Assembly: GCA_035999335.1 (NCBI GenBank)
Contig: DASYGV010000094.1
Location: forward strand, 21,652-85,651
Reading direction: 5' to 3'
DNA length: 64,000 nt
Source of the DNA: Thermoanaerobaculia bacterium
GTDB lineage: Bacteria > Acidobacteriota > Thermoanaerobaculia > Gp7-AA8
In this document: positions 54,887-63,274 of the stretch, in pieces
How the letters are laid out: each line of letters starts with the position of its first letter
Numbering within the stretch: position 1 is the first letter of the stretch
Program-made: the position numbers and the translations under genes
The notes under the pieces: generated by a model
Told to the model about the DNA's origin: nothing
Databases searched by the model: none
Seen by the model: only the letters and a program-made list of their open reading frames with translations

Positions 54887-57654
54887 TCCTTCTTCTTCTC
54901 TTCGTCCTCGATTTCGCTGTCTTTTTCTTTTTCTTTGTCTTCCTCTGGAGGCTGTGGCACTTTTTCGCCGCGCAGGACCTTCGTTGCCTCGGTGGAGTTG
55001 TTTTCAAACTCCATTTCGGAGTTCCACCCGTGGTACTTCAACGGACCTAGTTCCTTGCAAAGTGCTCCGAGCTTTCCCTGAAAGTGGACGCGCGCGAGCA
55101 AGTCCTCGCCGACGATGATGGCGAGCTCCTGGACCGCGTCGTAAGCCTGCGCGTAGCTGCCGCCGAGGTAGGGCGGCTTCTCTTTTCCCCAATCGCGGCG
55201 CATCACCACGCGGCGCGTGAAGTACTCGGTCAAGCCCTCCTTCGCGAAGTGCTTGAGGTTGTCCGTGTTGGGATGGGCGAGTGCATGCACCATCTCGTGC
55301 AGCATCGTCTCCGGCGAATCGCGCCGCGTCTGGACCGTGATCCTGTTCGTGTCGCGGTCATGGAAACCCTGCACGGTTTCCTCGAACGCGGTGCAGTACT
55401 CGTATCTTTTCTGCAGGGGCACTGATTCGGGTTGGCGGCTCATGCAGTCTTCGTAGACTTCCTTCATCGGATGCGCGGTCTCGACGATCTCTGTTTCTTT
55501 CGCGGGCGCGGCCCGCTCGTCCGTGAAGTACTTCCCGTACACATCGTGAATCCATTGATATGCGGAGCTCCGGCCGCCTTTTCCGCGAAGCTTCTCCGTA
55601 CTCTTTTCGGTCTTTACGTTCGAAGACAGAGTCGTTTCGGGCAAGTCTTCGCCGAACTGCACGACCTCGAACTTTTCGGCCATCGGCTTGCTGCTGTTCT
55701 CGAATTCGGCGTTGAGCTTCTCGAGGTCCGGCCTTTGCGGCGGCTTTTCTTTTTCGGTCGACAGGAACTCGACCGGATAGGCGAGCGGGTATCGGCGCAT
55801 GTAGAACCGCCAGAGCGCCTCTTTTTGGGACGTGAATTTGTCGAGCAGGTCCGCGTGCGGAATGGCGCCTTTCGGGCCGAGGATCAATTCGAGGTCGGGG
55901 CTCTCGGAACGCTCGAGCAGACCGAGGATCTGCACCTGATCATTGTCCTCGGGACCGTTGTCGAGCATCTGCCGGATGAGGATGGTCTTGCGGCGAACGG
56001 TGAGGTAGTAATCGGACTGGCCTTCGCCCCATGCTTCCGAAACGTCGCGCGCGCGCTTCGCGGCCGTGTCCGTCTGCAGCGTTCCCTTGGCCGTGTCGAC
56101 GCCTTGCAGATATTCCTGCATTTCCTCAGGAGTGGAGCTGCAGCTCTGCAAACGCAGGCTCGATTTGAGCCTCGGCATCGCGTTCGCGCGAACGTCGCGC
56201 GCCCAGTGCCGAAGCCTTGGCCAGAGTCCGAGGACCGCATGCACCGCTGCGTCGTCGGCATCGTGCTCGAGTGCCGTCGTCGCCGCGTCACTCTTGGTCA
56301 GGACCTCCGGGGCGCCTTCCTGCTGTGCGACGTGCGCGAGCTCGTGCGCGAGGAGCGCGTCACCGACGAGCGTGCCCGGCGCGTATTCGCCGTTCGCGAA
56401 TGCGATGTCGTTGCCGATCGTGAACGCGCGCGAGCGGATGCGCGCGGCCTCGGACGCCGCGTCCGCGCCGGTGTGGATGCGCACGCCGGAGAAGTCGCGC
56501 CCGAACGCCTGGCCCATGCGCGAGGCGACGCCGGCGTCGAGCGGGCGTCCGGCGCCCGCGTCGAGTGCTACGTTCGTAGCAGGCGCGGGTGCGCCGTCGC
56601 GCGATTTGCGGAAGAGACTTCCGATCGCGCCCTTGATCATGCCTCCGACGCTGATGCGGATCTTGCCGCCGGCGAGGAGCTCCATCAGGTCCGGCGGCAC
56701 GCCGGCGACGCTGCCGGTCCTGGCCCAGATGCGGATCGATTCCGCGAGGCGCTCGGTGATGCGCGGGATGTACGCGCGCGCGTGCCGCACCTGCGCGTCG
56801 GGCTCGATCCAGCGGCGGATGGAGACCTCGAGTTGCCGCGTGCTCATCGAACGGATGCGCGGGCGCCATTGCTCGAGGAGCGGGCAACCGTCCGTGGATC
56901 GTCCGAGGTTGCCGATCTCCTCGCGCGAGGTCTCGCAGATCGCCGCGTCGAGCAACGCCACGAATTCCGAGCGCCGCATCTGGCCCGCGGCGGGCGAAGC
57001 GGAGTCTTCGACGATCAGGCGATGCGCCTCTTCCTCGCCGGTCGCGGGCTCTTCGTCTTCGCGCTTGCGCCGCACGAGACGCTCGGCGACCGGCGCGATC
57101 GCAGGCGGCGGCGCGAACGCGGGACCCTGCGCGACCACCAGGTCGGCGATGCGATCCGCGGCGCGTTCGTGAGCGTCGTCCGCGGGACCGACGCCGCTCG
57201 GCAGCGCGGTCCCGCTGCGCTGTTGCATGACGTGCGCGAGCTCGTGCGCGAGGAGGCGCCGGCCGCTGGTCGTGTGCGGCGCAAAACGGCCGGCGCCGAA
57301 GACGATGTGTGTGCCGGACGTGTACGCTGCGGCGTTGATCTCTTTCGCCGATTCCGCGGCGTGCGTGTCGGTGTGGACGCGAACGTCCGCGAGGCTGCGG
57401 CCGAAGCGGCTCTCCATCGACGCGCGCGTCTCGGCGTCGAGCGGATGTCCCGCGGATCCGAGGATGTTGCCGACGCTGCGCGGAACCTCGGTGTCCGTTT
57501 CGCCGAGGGCGTGGCGCTGGACTTTCTTTTTCTTCTTCTCGTCCGCGCACGGGCCGCACGATCCGCCGCATCCGCACTTGCGCTGCACGACGATCGGCGC
57601 GCGGCGTTTCACGTCGGAGTCTGGGGTGCGGAGGGCGTGCTGTTTCTCTTGCAT
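54862..57654 (-). CDS. Double-DUF4157 protein with a C-terminal gluzincin-like domain; putative eCIS toxin cargo
   Basis: The N-terminus is QHALRTPDSD...[15 protein letters not shown]. The first DUF4157 is GHPLDAETRASMESRFGRSLADVRVHTD...[12 protein letters not shown]. The second is GRPLDAGVASRMGQAFGRDFSGVRIHTG...[12 protein letters not shown]. The C-terminal domain has MLHEMVHALAH followed by KEGLTEYF, then a Lys/Glu-rich tail. Confidence 0.8.
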   Translation of the reverse strand: MQEKQHALRTPDSDVKRRAPIVVQRKCGCGGSCGPCADEKKKKKVQRHALGETDTEVPRSVGNILGSAGHPLDAETRASMESRFGRSLADVRVHTDTHAAESAKEINAAAYTSGTHIVFGAGRFAPHTTSGRRLLAHELAHVMQQRSGTALPSGVGPADDAHERAADRIADLVVAQGPAFAPPPAIAPVAERLVRRKREDEEPATGEEEAHRLIVEDSASPAAGQMRRSEFVALLDAAICETSREEIGNLGRSTDGCPLLEQWRPRIRSMSTRQLEVSIRRWIEPDAQVRHARAYIPRITERLAESIRIWARTGSVAGVPPDLMELLAGGKIRISVGGMIKGAIGSLFRKSRDGAPAPATNVALDAGAGRPLDAGVASRMGQAFGRDFSGVRIHTGADAASEAARIRSRAFTIGNDIAFANGEYAPGTLVGDALLAHELAHVAQQEGAPEVLTKSDAATTALEHDADDAAVHAVLGLWPRLRHWARDVRANAMPRLKSSLRLQSCSSTPEEMQEYLQGVDTAKGTLQTDTAAKRARDVSEAWGEGQSDYYLTVRRKTILIRQMLDNGPEDNDQVQILGLLERSESPDLELILGPKGAIPHADLLDKFTSQKEALWRFYMRRYPLAYPVEFLSTEKEKPPQRPDLEKLNAEFENSSKPMAEKFEVVQFGEDLPETTLSSNVKTEKSTEKLRGKGGRSSAYQWIHDVYGKYFTDERAAPAKETEIVETAHPMKEVYEDCMSRQPESVPLQKRYEYCTAFEETVQGFHDRDTNRITVQTRRDSPETMLHEMVHALAHPNTDNLKHFAKEGLTEYFTRRVVMRRDWGKEKPPYLGGSYAQAYDAVQELAIIVGEDLLARVHFQGKLGALCKELGPLKYHGWNSEMEFENNSTEATKVLRGEKVPQPPEEDKEKEKDSEIEDEEKKKEWPPPCPA

Positions 57655-57663
57655 CGTTCGCCC

Positions 57664-59295
57664 TCAGGAAGCGGGGATGAGCAGCCGTTTGCCGATCGGC
57701 AGCAACGTGTCGGGAGGAAGTCCGGGATTGGCGCGGCGGAGCGACGACAGCGGGATCTCCCACATCTTCGCGATCTCCCACAGCGTCTCGTCCTTGATGA
57801 CCTCGTGGTAGAAGACGTTGCGGATGATGACGAAGGAGTCCGGCTCCTCGTCGACGCTGTGGTGGCGCTCTCCTTCCCCGCGGAAGATTTGATCGAGGAT
57901 GTTCGCCTCGGCGATGCCGCAGCGGCGTGCGATCGACTTGAGCGTCTCGCCTTTCTTGATGTCGTAGTACGAGCTGAAAGCCGAATCGATCATGCCGGGC
58001 GCATCGATCGGCTCGACGCCAGCCTCGCCTTTGCGGATGCCGAGGCTGTTGCGCTTCGTCGAATGCTCGCGGCGGATGCGATTCTCGACGTCGACGGCCG
58101 ACTCCTTCCCCTTCGGCGTCTGCGTGTGACGGCTCGCGAAGAACGTATCGAACGCGTGCTCGGTCATCACGTGGCCGCAGAGCTCGTGCGCGAAGATCAG
58201 CCACGGCGGATCGCGAAGGATCTGCGAGCGTCCGCTGCCGGAGAGCGGACTCGTGGCCGCGGCCCCTTCGATCTTGTCGTGCTCGCGTCCGGAGACGCCG
58301 ATGTGCGTTTCGGTTCGTGCGCCGCGCGGCCCGAGGGTCATGCCTTGGCCGCGGTCTTCGGTGCCGGACACGTTGATCGTCTCGGTCTTCCCGGCCTCCT
58401 CTCCCGGCGCTGTGAACGAATCGCCGGTGTGAAGGTGGACATCGGGCGCGCCGTCCGCGGTGATGTCGCAGAGGCATTTGCAGGAGACCGGTTTGCCGCT
58501 GCGGCGGAACGAAGTGCGCTTCATCTCGTCGCGGCAGAAGGCCTCGCGGTTCGGCGACGAGAGGACGCCGCTCGCGGAGTCGATCTTCCAGCCGCCGCCG
58601 GGGCACAACGTGTCGATCCAGGTCTGCGCGAGCTGCGCGTTCGTGAGAACAGGCAGCGCGGGATCGCGGCCGGCCGGCTGGTTGGGCGCGTCCTTTCCCG
58701 CGTCTGCGACGGTCATCTTGCGCTGCACGCGGCCGGCGTCTCCGCCCTGCTGCCCGACGTGTGCGAGCTCGTGCGCGAGAAGACGCCGTCCCGCTTCCGT
58801 GTGCGGCGCGTATTCGCCGTGATTGAAGACGATGTGCGAGCCGACGGTGTACGCGCGCGCAGTTACCGCACGGGCCGACTCCGCGGCTTCGGCATCGTCG
58901 TGCACGCGAATGGCGGCGAGTGACCGGGGGGCCGGCGCCTCGCCGGCCGTACCGCCGGCCCCCGGCCTGCGAGGCGCCGGCGCGACGGCCGCCGAGGCGG
59001 CGGCACCCCAGTTGTCCGCTTCCTGCTCGAATGCATCGCCAACCTCGCCGACGGCGAGCTTTTGCGGTCCAACCGACGGGACGCGCGTGAAGTCGTGCGC
59101 GAACCGCGGCTCGAAGAACGCACGCGTGTCGGAGTCGAGCGGACGTCCCGGCGTCGCGAGCACCCGCCGCACGGGCGCTGTCGCTTCGCCGCGGCAGGAG
59201 CGACACGCTCCGCCGCAACCGCACTTGCGTTGCACGGTCAGACCGGTGCTTCGGTCGGAGTCAGAAGTGCGGCGGGCGTGCTGATGCTCGTTCAT
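57664..59295 (-). CDS. DUF4157 / HExxGH-domain / double-LysM protein, tandem paralog A
   Basis: The N-terminus is QHARRTSDSD...[15 protein letters not shown]. Next comes [23 protein letters not shown], then [16 protein letters not shown]...[12 protein letters not shown]. The middle domain has FAHELCGHV and VENRIRREH. Two C-terminal LysM-like repeats are YDIKKGETLKSIARRCGI and HEVIKDETLWEIAKMWEI. Confidence 0.8.
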   Translation of the reverse strand: MNEHQHARRTSDSDRSTGLTVQRKCGCGGACRSCRGEATAPVRRVLATPGRPLDSDTRAFFEPRFAHDFTRVPSVGPQKLAVGEVGDAFEQEADNWGAAASAAVAPAPRRPGAGGTAGEAPAPRSLAAIRVHDDAEAAESARAVTARAYTVGSHIVFNHGEYAPHTEAGRRLLAHELAHVGQQGGDAGRVQRKMTVADAGKDAPNQPAGRDPALPVLTNAQLAQTWIDTLCPGGGWKIDSASGVLSSPNREAFCRDEMKRTSFRRSGKPVSCKCLCDITADGAPDVHLHTGDSFTAPGEEAGKTETINVSGTEDRGQGMTLGPRGARTETHIGVSGREHDKIEGAAATSPLSGSGRSQILRDPPWLIFAHELCGHVMTEHAFDTFFASRHTQTPKGKESAVDVENRIRREHSTKRNSLGIRKGEAGVEPIDAPGMIDSAFSSYYDIKKGETLKSIARRCGIAEANILDQIFRGEGERHHSVDEEPDSFVIIRNVFYHEVIKDETLWEIAKMWEIPLSSLRRANPGLPPDTLLPIGKRLLIPAS

Positions 59296-59304
59296 CGTTC
59301 GTCC

Positions 59305-60885
59305 TCAGGAAGCGGGGATGATCAGCCGCGCGCCGTTGGGCGCCGCGCCTGTCGCGGGAAGTGTCGGGTTCGCACGGCGGAGTGACGCGAGCGGGATCCC
59401 CCACGTTTTGGCGATGTCCTCGACCGTCTCGCCGCTCAGGACGTCGTGGTAGAAGACGCCCCGGATGAAGAGAACTTCGTTTTTCGGAATCGCGGCATCA
59501 GCGTTCTTGAAGCGGTCGCCTTCCCCGCGAAAGATGTCCCACGTGATGCGGAACGTCGCAATGCCGAAGCGCGCGGCCACGGTGCGCAGCGTGTCGCCGG
59601 CCAGCGGCGTGACGTACGAGCCGCGGATGACGATGCTGGCCGACGGGTCGTTCGGGTCTTCGACGCGCGCATCTCCCTGACGGATGCCGAGGTTGTTCGC
59701 CACCGTCGAATGCTCGCGGCGAATCCGGTTCTCGACGTCGACGGCCGACACCGTTCCGCTCGGGGTCTGCACGTGTGATCCCCTGCCGAATGCGCTGTTC
59801 GCGCGAGGCCCGACGACGTGGCCGCAGACCTCGTGCGCGAAGATGATCCACGGCGGGTCCTGCAGCAGTTGTCCTCGGCCGCTCCCACCAGCGGGTGCCG
59901 TCGCGCCCGCGCCGCGCACACCCCACCCCGCGCGCCCGGAGATGCCGACGTGCGTTTCCGTGCGCTTCCCCTCGGGATCGAGCGTCGCGCCCTGACCCTC
60001 CTTCGTCACATCGTGCTTCTCGGTATTCGTCCTGTCCTTGTCCGGCGCCTCGAAGACGTCTCCGGTGTGCAGCCAGACCGACGGCGAGCCGGGTGCGGTG
60101 ATGTCGCAGAGACACTTGCACGACACCGGATGCTTGCTGCCCGCGTAGCCGGGCGTCGCCGGAGCGGTCCCGTCGGTCGTCGGGCCGCCTCCGCAGAACG
60201 CGGCCCGGTTCGCAATCGAGAGAACACCCAAGCCCGGGTCCACGGTCCATCCGTGCGATCCGCAGAGCGAGTCGATCCAGCTCTGTACGAGCTGCGCGTT
60301 CGTGAGCTTCGGTTGACTCTGGGAGAACGTCGCCGGGTCGAAGACGCCTAGCGATCGTTGCAGCGTTCCAACATTCTGTTGACCGACGTGCGCGAGCTCG
60401 TGCGCGAGAAGACGACGTCCCGCTTCCGTGTGCGGCGCGTATTCGCCCTGATTGAAGACGATGTGCGAGCCGACGGTGTACGCGCGTGCGGTCACCGCGC
60501 GCGCCGACTCCGCGGCTTCCGCATCGTCGTGCACGCGAATGGCGGCGAGCGACCGGGGGGCCGGCGCCTCGCCGGCCGTACCGCCGGCCCCCGGCCGGCG
60601 AGGCGCCGGCGCGACGGCCGCCGAGGCGGCGGCACCCCAGCGGTCCGCTTCCTGCTCGAACGCGTTGCCTGCCTCACCGACGGCGAGTTTCTGCGGCGCC
60701 TGCGTCGCGGCGACGCGCGTGAAGTCGTGGCCGAAGCGCGGCTCGAAGAACGCGCGCGACGCGGAATCGAGCGGACGTCCCGGCGTTGCGAGCACACGCC
60801 TCACGGATGGCGGCGCATCGTTGCCGCAGGAATGACACTTGCCGCCGCAGCCGCATTTGCGCTGAAGCGTGGCCGCGGCCATCAT
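59305..60885 (-). CDS. DUF4157 / HExxGH-domain / double-LysM protein, tandem paralog B
   Basis: Same architecture as paralog A: [68 protein letters not shown] and two LysM-like repeats. The ATG at 60885 overlaps the upstream TGA. Confidence 0.8.
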   Translation of the reverse strand: MMAAATLQRKCGCGGKCHSCGNDAPPSVRRVLATPGRPLDSASRAFFEPRFGHDFTRVAATQAPQKLAVGEAGNAFEQEADRWGAAASAAVAPAPRRPGAGGTAGEAPAPRSLAAIRVHDDAEAAESARAVTARAYTVGSHIVFNQGEYAPHTEAGRRLLAHELAHVGQQNVGTLQRSLGVFDPATFSQSQPKLTNAQLVQSWIDSLCGSHGWTVDPGLGVLSIANRAAFCGGGPTTDGTAPATPGYAGSKHPVSCKCLCDITAPGSPSVWLHTGDVFEAPDKDRTNTEKHDVTKEGQGATLDPEGKRTETHVGISGRAGWGVRGAGATAPAGGSGRGQLLQDPPWIIFAHEVCGHVVGPRANSAFGRGSHVQTPSGTVSAVDVENRIRREHSTVANNLGIRQGDARVEDPNDPSASIVIRGSYVTPLAGDTLRTVAARFGIATFRITWDIFRGEGDRFKNADAAIPKNEVLFIRGVFYHDVLSGETVEDIAKTWGIPLASLRRANPTLPATGAAPNGARLIIPAS

Positions 60886-61139
60886 TTCGCGCCTCCCACG
60901 CCGCCGTACACCGAGCCCGCGATCGACGTGCCGAGTTGTTGGACGTCGTTCGCCAAGGAGATCCGCGGCGCGCGCACGCTCGGCACGGCGATGCCTCGAG
61001 CGAGCGCTGGCGAGATGCCGCCGCTTGCGATTAGCCTTGCGAGCTCCGCCTCGATCGCCGCCTGCAATCGCGGACGATCGGCGGCGCGCACGTTGACGCC
61101 GTCGAGCACGAGGCGGTCGATGTGCAGGCGGACGCTCAT
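60882..61139 (-). CDS. 85-aa conserved-looking hypothetical coupled between the ATPase and the cargo genes
   Basis: [37 protein letters not shown]. It has ATGA overlaps at both ends (61136-61139 and 60882-60885), which argues that it is translated. Confidence 0.55.
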   Translation of the reverse strand: MSVRLHIDRLVLDGVNVRAADRPRLQAAIEAELARLIASGGISPALARGIAVPSVRAPRISLANDVQQLGTSIAGSVYGGVGGAK

Positions 61140-63274
61140 AAGACAGCCATCCAGCGGAAGTCGGCCTCGTTGATCGGCTTCTGCAGCTTGCGCATCTCCG
61201 TCCGCGCGGCCTCGAGCACGATCGGCATGGTCACGTTCGTGCCGCGGTCGGCGGCGAGGAACGCCGCGTTGAGGACGATGTTGTGCACACTCCCGCCGGT
61301 GAGGTTCAGCTTCGCGAGGCGATCGAGATCGAGCTCGTCCGTCGGAGTTTCAGGCGGGAACGCGCGACGCCAGATCGCCCGCCGCTCTTCGGGGCCGGGG
61401 AAGGGAAACTGCACGATGAAGCGCAGGCGGCGCATGAACGCGGGGTCGAGCGCGTCCTTCAGGTTCGTCGCGAGGATCGCCAGACCGCGATACGACTCCA
61501 GCCGTTGCAGGAGGAAGTTGATCTCGATGTTCGCGAAGCGGTCCTGGCTGTGCTGGACCTGCGTGCGCTTGCCGAACAGCGCGTCGGCCTCGTCGAAGAA
61601 GAGGATGCCGTTCGAGTCGTCGGCGGCGGTGAAGAGCTGCTGCAGGTTCTTCTCCGTCTCGCCGACCCACTTGCTCACGACCGACGAGAGATCGATGCGA
61701 TGCAGCGCGAGCCCGAGCTCGTTCGCGATGACCTCGGCCGCCATGGTTTTGCCCGTGCCGCTCTCACCCGAGAACAGAGCGCTGATACCGAAGCCGCGGT
61801 TCATCTTCGCGCGGAAGCCCCACTCGTCGTACACGCGGCTGCGTCCCGCGACGTGCGCGGCGATCTGCTGCAGCAACTCTTTTTCGACCGCGGGGAGGAC
61901 GAGATCGTCCCAACGCGCTTTCGCGTCGATGCGTTGCGCGAGCGAGTCGATGTGCAGGCGCGTCTGCAGTCCGGCGAACGACCAGAGGCGATCGCTGAGC
62001 GGTCCCTCGGCCTCGTCGTCCTGCGCCTGCGCGACGATGCGGCGGATCGCGGCGACGCTGAGATTGAACTGACCGGCGAGACGCGACGCGTCGCCGTCGT
62101 GATCTTCGCCGAGGAGTGTGGTCCAGACTTCGCGCTGCTCGGCGGGCGTCGGCTTGTCGACGTCGAACGTGTGCGAGCCCTGCGGCACCGGCCATGTCTC
62201 CTTCGCGTCGACGAACAACACGCCGCCGCCGCGAGCGAGGAAGCGCTTGAGCGGCGTCGCATGCGCCTCGGCGTTGCGATCGACTTCGCGTGCGTCGAGG
62301 TAGAGCGCGATCGGGAGCAGCAGCGTCTCGCGCTGCCAGAGTCGCGAGAGCGTTTCGAGCTCTCCCGGTTGCACGGGGAGCATGTCGGCGGAGAGGCGAT
62401 AGAGCGTGAGGCCGAGTCGATGCGACGCGGCGCGCGCGACGAGCTGCTTGCTCTCCGCGTCGCGTCCGAGGAGCTGGAGCGGACGGAGGCGGGGCTGATC
62501 GTGTTGCAGCGCGCGGAGGACCAAATCGACGACCGCGGCCTGCGACGCCGGCAGCTCGTCGTCGTGCACCGGCTCGGAAAGCGGCATCACGAACGACGCG
62601 ATGCGGTCGTCGAGATGGCTGAGACCTTTGATGTAGTTGACGACGCGCTCGTCCGCGCGCATTGCACTCGTCGTCAGCGGCTGCGTGCCGGCGGGGCCGA
62701 TGTCGATGAAGCGCCAGTAGCGCAGAGGGCGATCGGGCGAGATCGCGTCCCAGCTCGCGCCTTCGAAGATGGCCATCGCTAGCGCGTACGTCGGGAACGG
62801 ACGGGACTGATCGTCCTGTGCGCGCGCACACAGCGCTGCGATGCGCGTGTCGAGCTCCATCGCCACGCAGAGAAGCAGCACGTCGCGCTCGAAGTTCGTG
62901 AGGCCCGTGCGATGAGCGAGCAGCATCATCGCCGGCGGCGGCTCGCCCGTCTCCGCATCGCGCATTTTCTTTTCGGCCTCGCGGACCTGCTCCGCGGTGA
63001 CGCCGGGAGCGGGTGGAAGCGCGGGACGCGTCGGCCCGGGCTGCGGTGGGGTGGGAGTCGTGCCCGGTGACGTGCGCCGCCACGTCCACCATGACGCGCT
63101 CTCCTCGTTCGTCGTCGTTTCCGTGCGCGGCGTCGCGCGCTGCTCGGCGACGACGAACGGTTGCGTCGACATAGACGGCACGTGTCGTGTGAGCAGGAGC
63201 CGCAGCCACTCGACGGCCGCGGCGAGATATGCGTCATTGCTCTGATGCCACGTCGAGAGATCTCGGGCGTTCAT
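61136..63274 (-). CDS. eCIS-type AAA+ ATPase (Afp15/Pvc15 equivalent)
   Basis: The C-terminal AAA module has Walker A GESGTGKT and Walker [12 protein letters not shown]. It also has SRH-like [20 protein letters not shown]. Start is the ATG at 63274 (MNARDLSTW), overlapping the upstream TGA. The track start at 63676 adds 134 Arg-rich residues. Confidence 0.9.
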   Translation of the reverse strand: MNARDLSTWHQSNDAYLAAAVEWLRLLLTRHVPSMSTQPFVVAEQRATPRTETTTNEESASWWTWRRTSPGTTPTPPQPGPTRPALPPAPGVTAEQVREAEKKMRDAETGEPPPAMMLLAHRTGLTNFERDVLLLCVAMELDTRIAALCARAQDDQSRPFPTYALAMAIFEGASWDAISPDRPLRYWRFIDIGPAGTQPLTTSAMRADERVVNYIKGLSHLDDRIASFVMPLSEPVHDDELPASQAAVVDLVLRALQHDQPRLRPLQLLGRDAESKQLVARAASHRLGLTLYRLSADMLPVQPGELETLSRLWQRETLLLPIALYLDAREVDRNAEAHATPLKRFLARGGGVLFVDAKETWPVPQGSHTFDVDKPTPAEQREVWTTLLGEDHDGDASRLAGQFNLSVAAIRRIVAQAQDDEAEGPLSDRLWSFAGLQTRLHIDSLAQRIDAKARWDDLVLPAVEKELLQQIAAHVAGRSRVYDEWGFRAKMNRGFGISALFSGESGTGKTMAAEVIANELGLALHRIDLSSVVSKWVGETEKNLQQLFTAADDSNGILFFDEADALFGKRTQVQHSQDRFANIEINFLLQRLESYRGLAILATNLKDALDPAFMRRLRFIVQFPFPGPEERRAIWRRAFPPETPTDELDLDRLAKLNLTGGSVHNIVLNAAFLAADRGTNVTMPIVLEAARTEMRKLQKPINEADFRWMAVL

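Noticed and set aside
55432-59224. 1163-aa plus-strand ORF and 954-aa alternative-frame minus-strand ORF across the cargo genes
   Set aside because: Both are Arg-rich with no motifs. The chosen minus-strand frames carry repeated, internally consistent DUF4157, HExxH and LysM signatures, and their start and stop junctions fit tightly.
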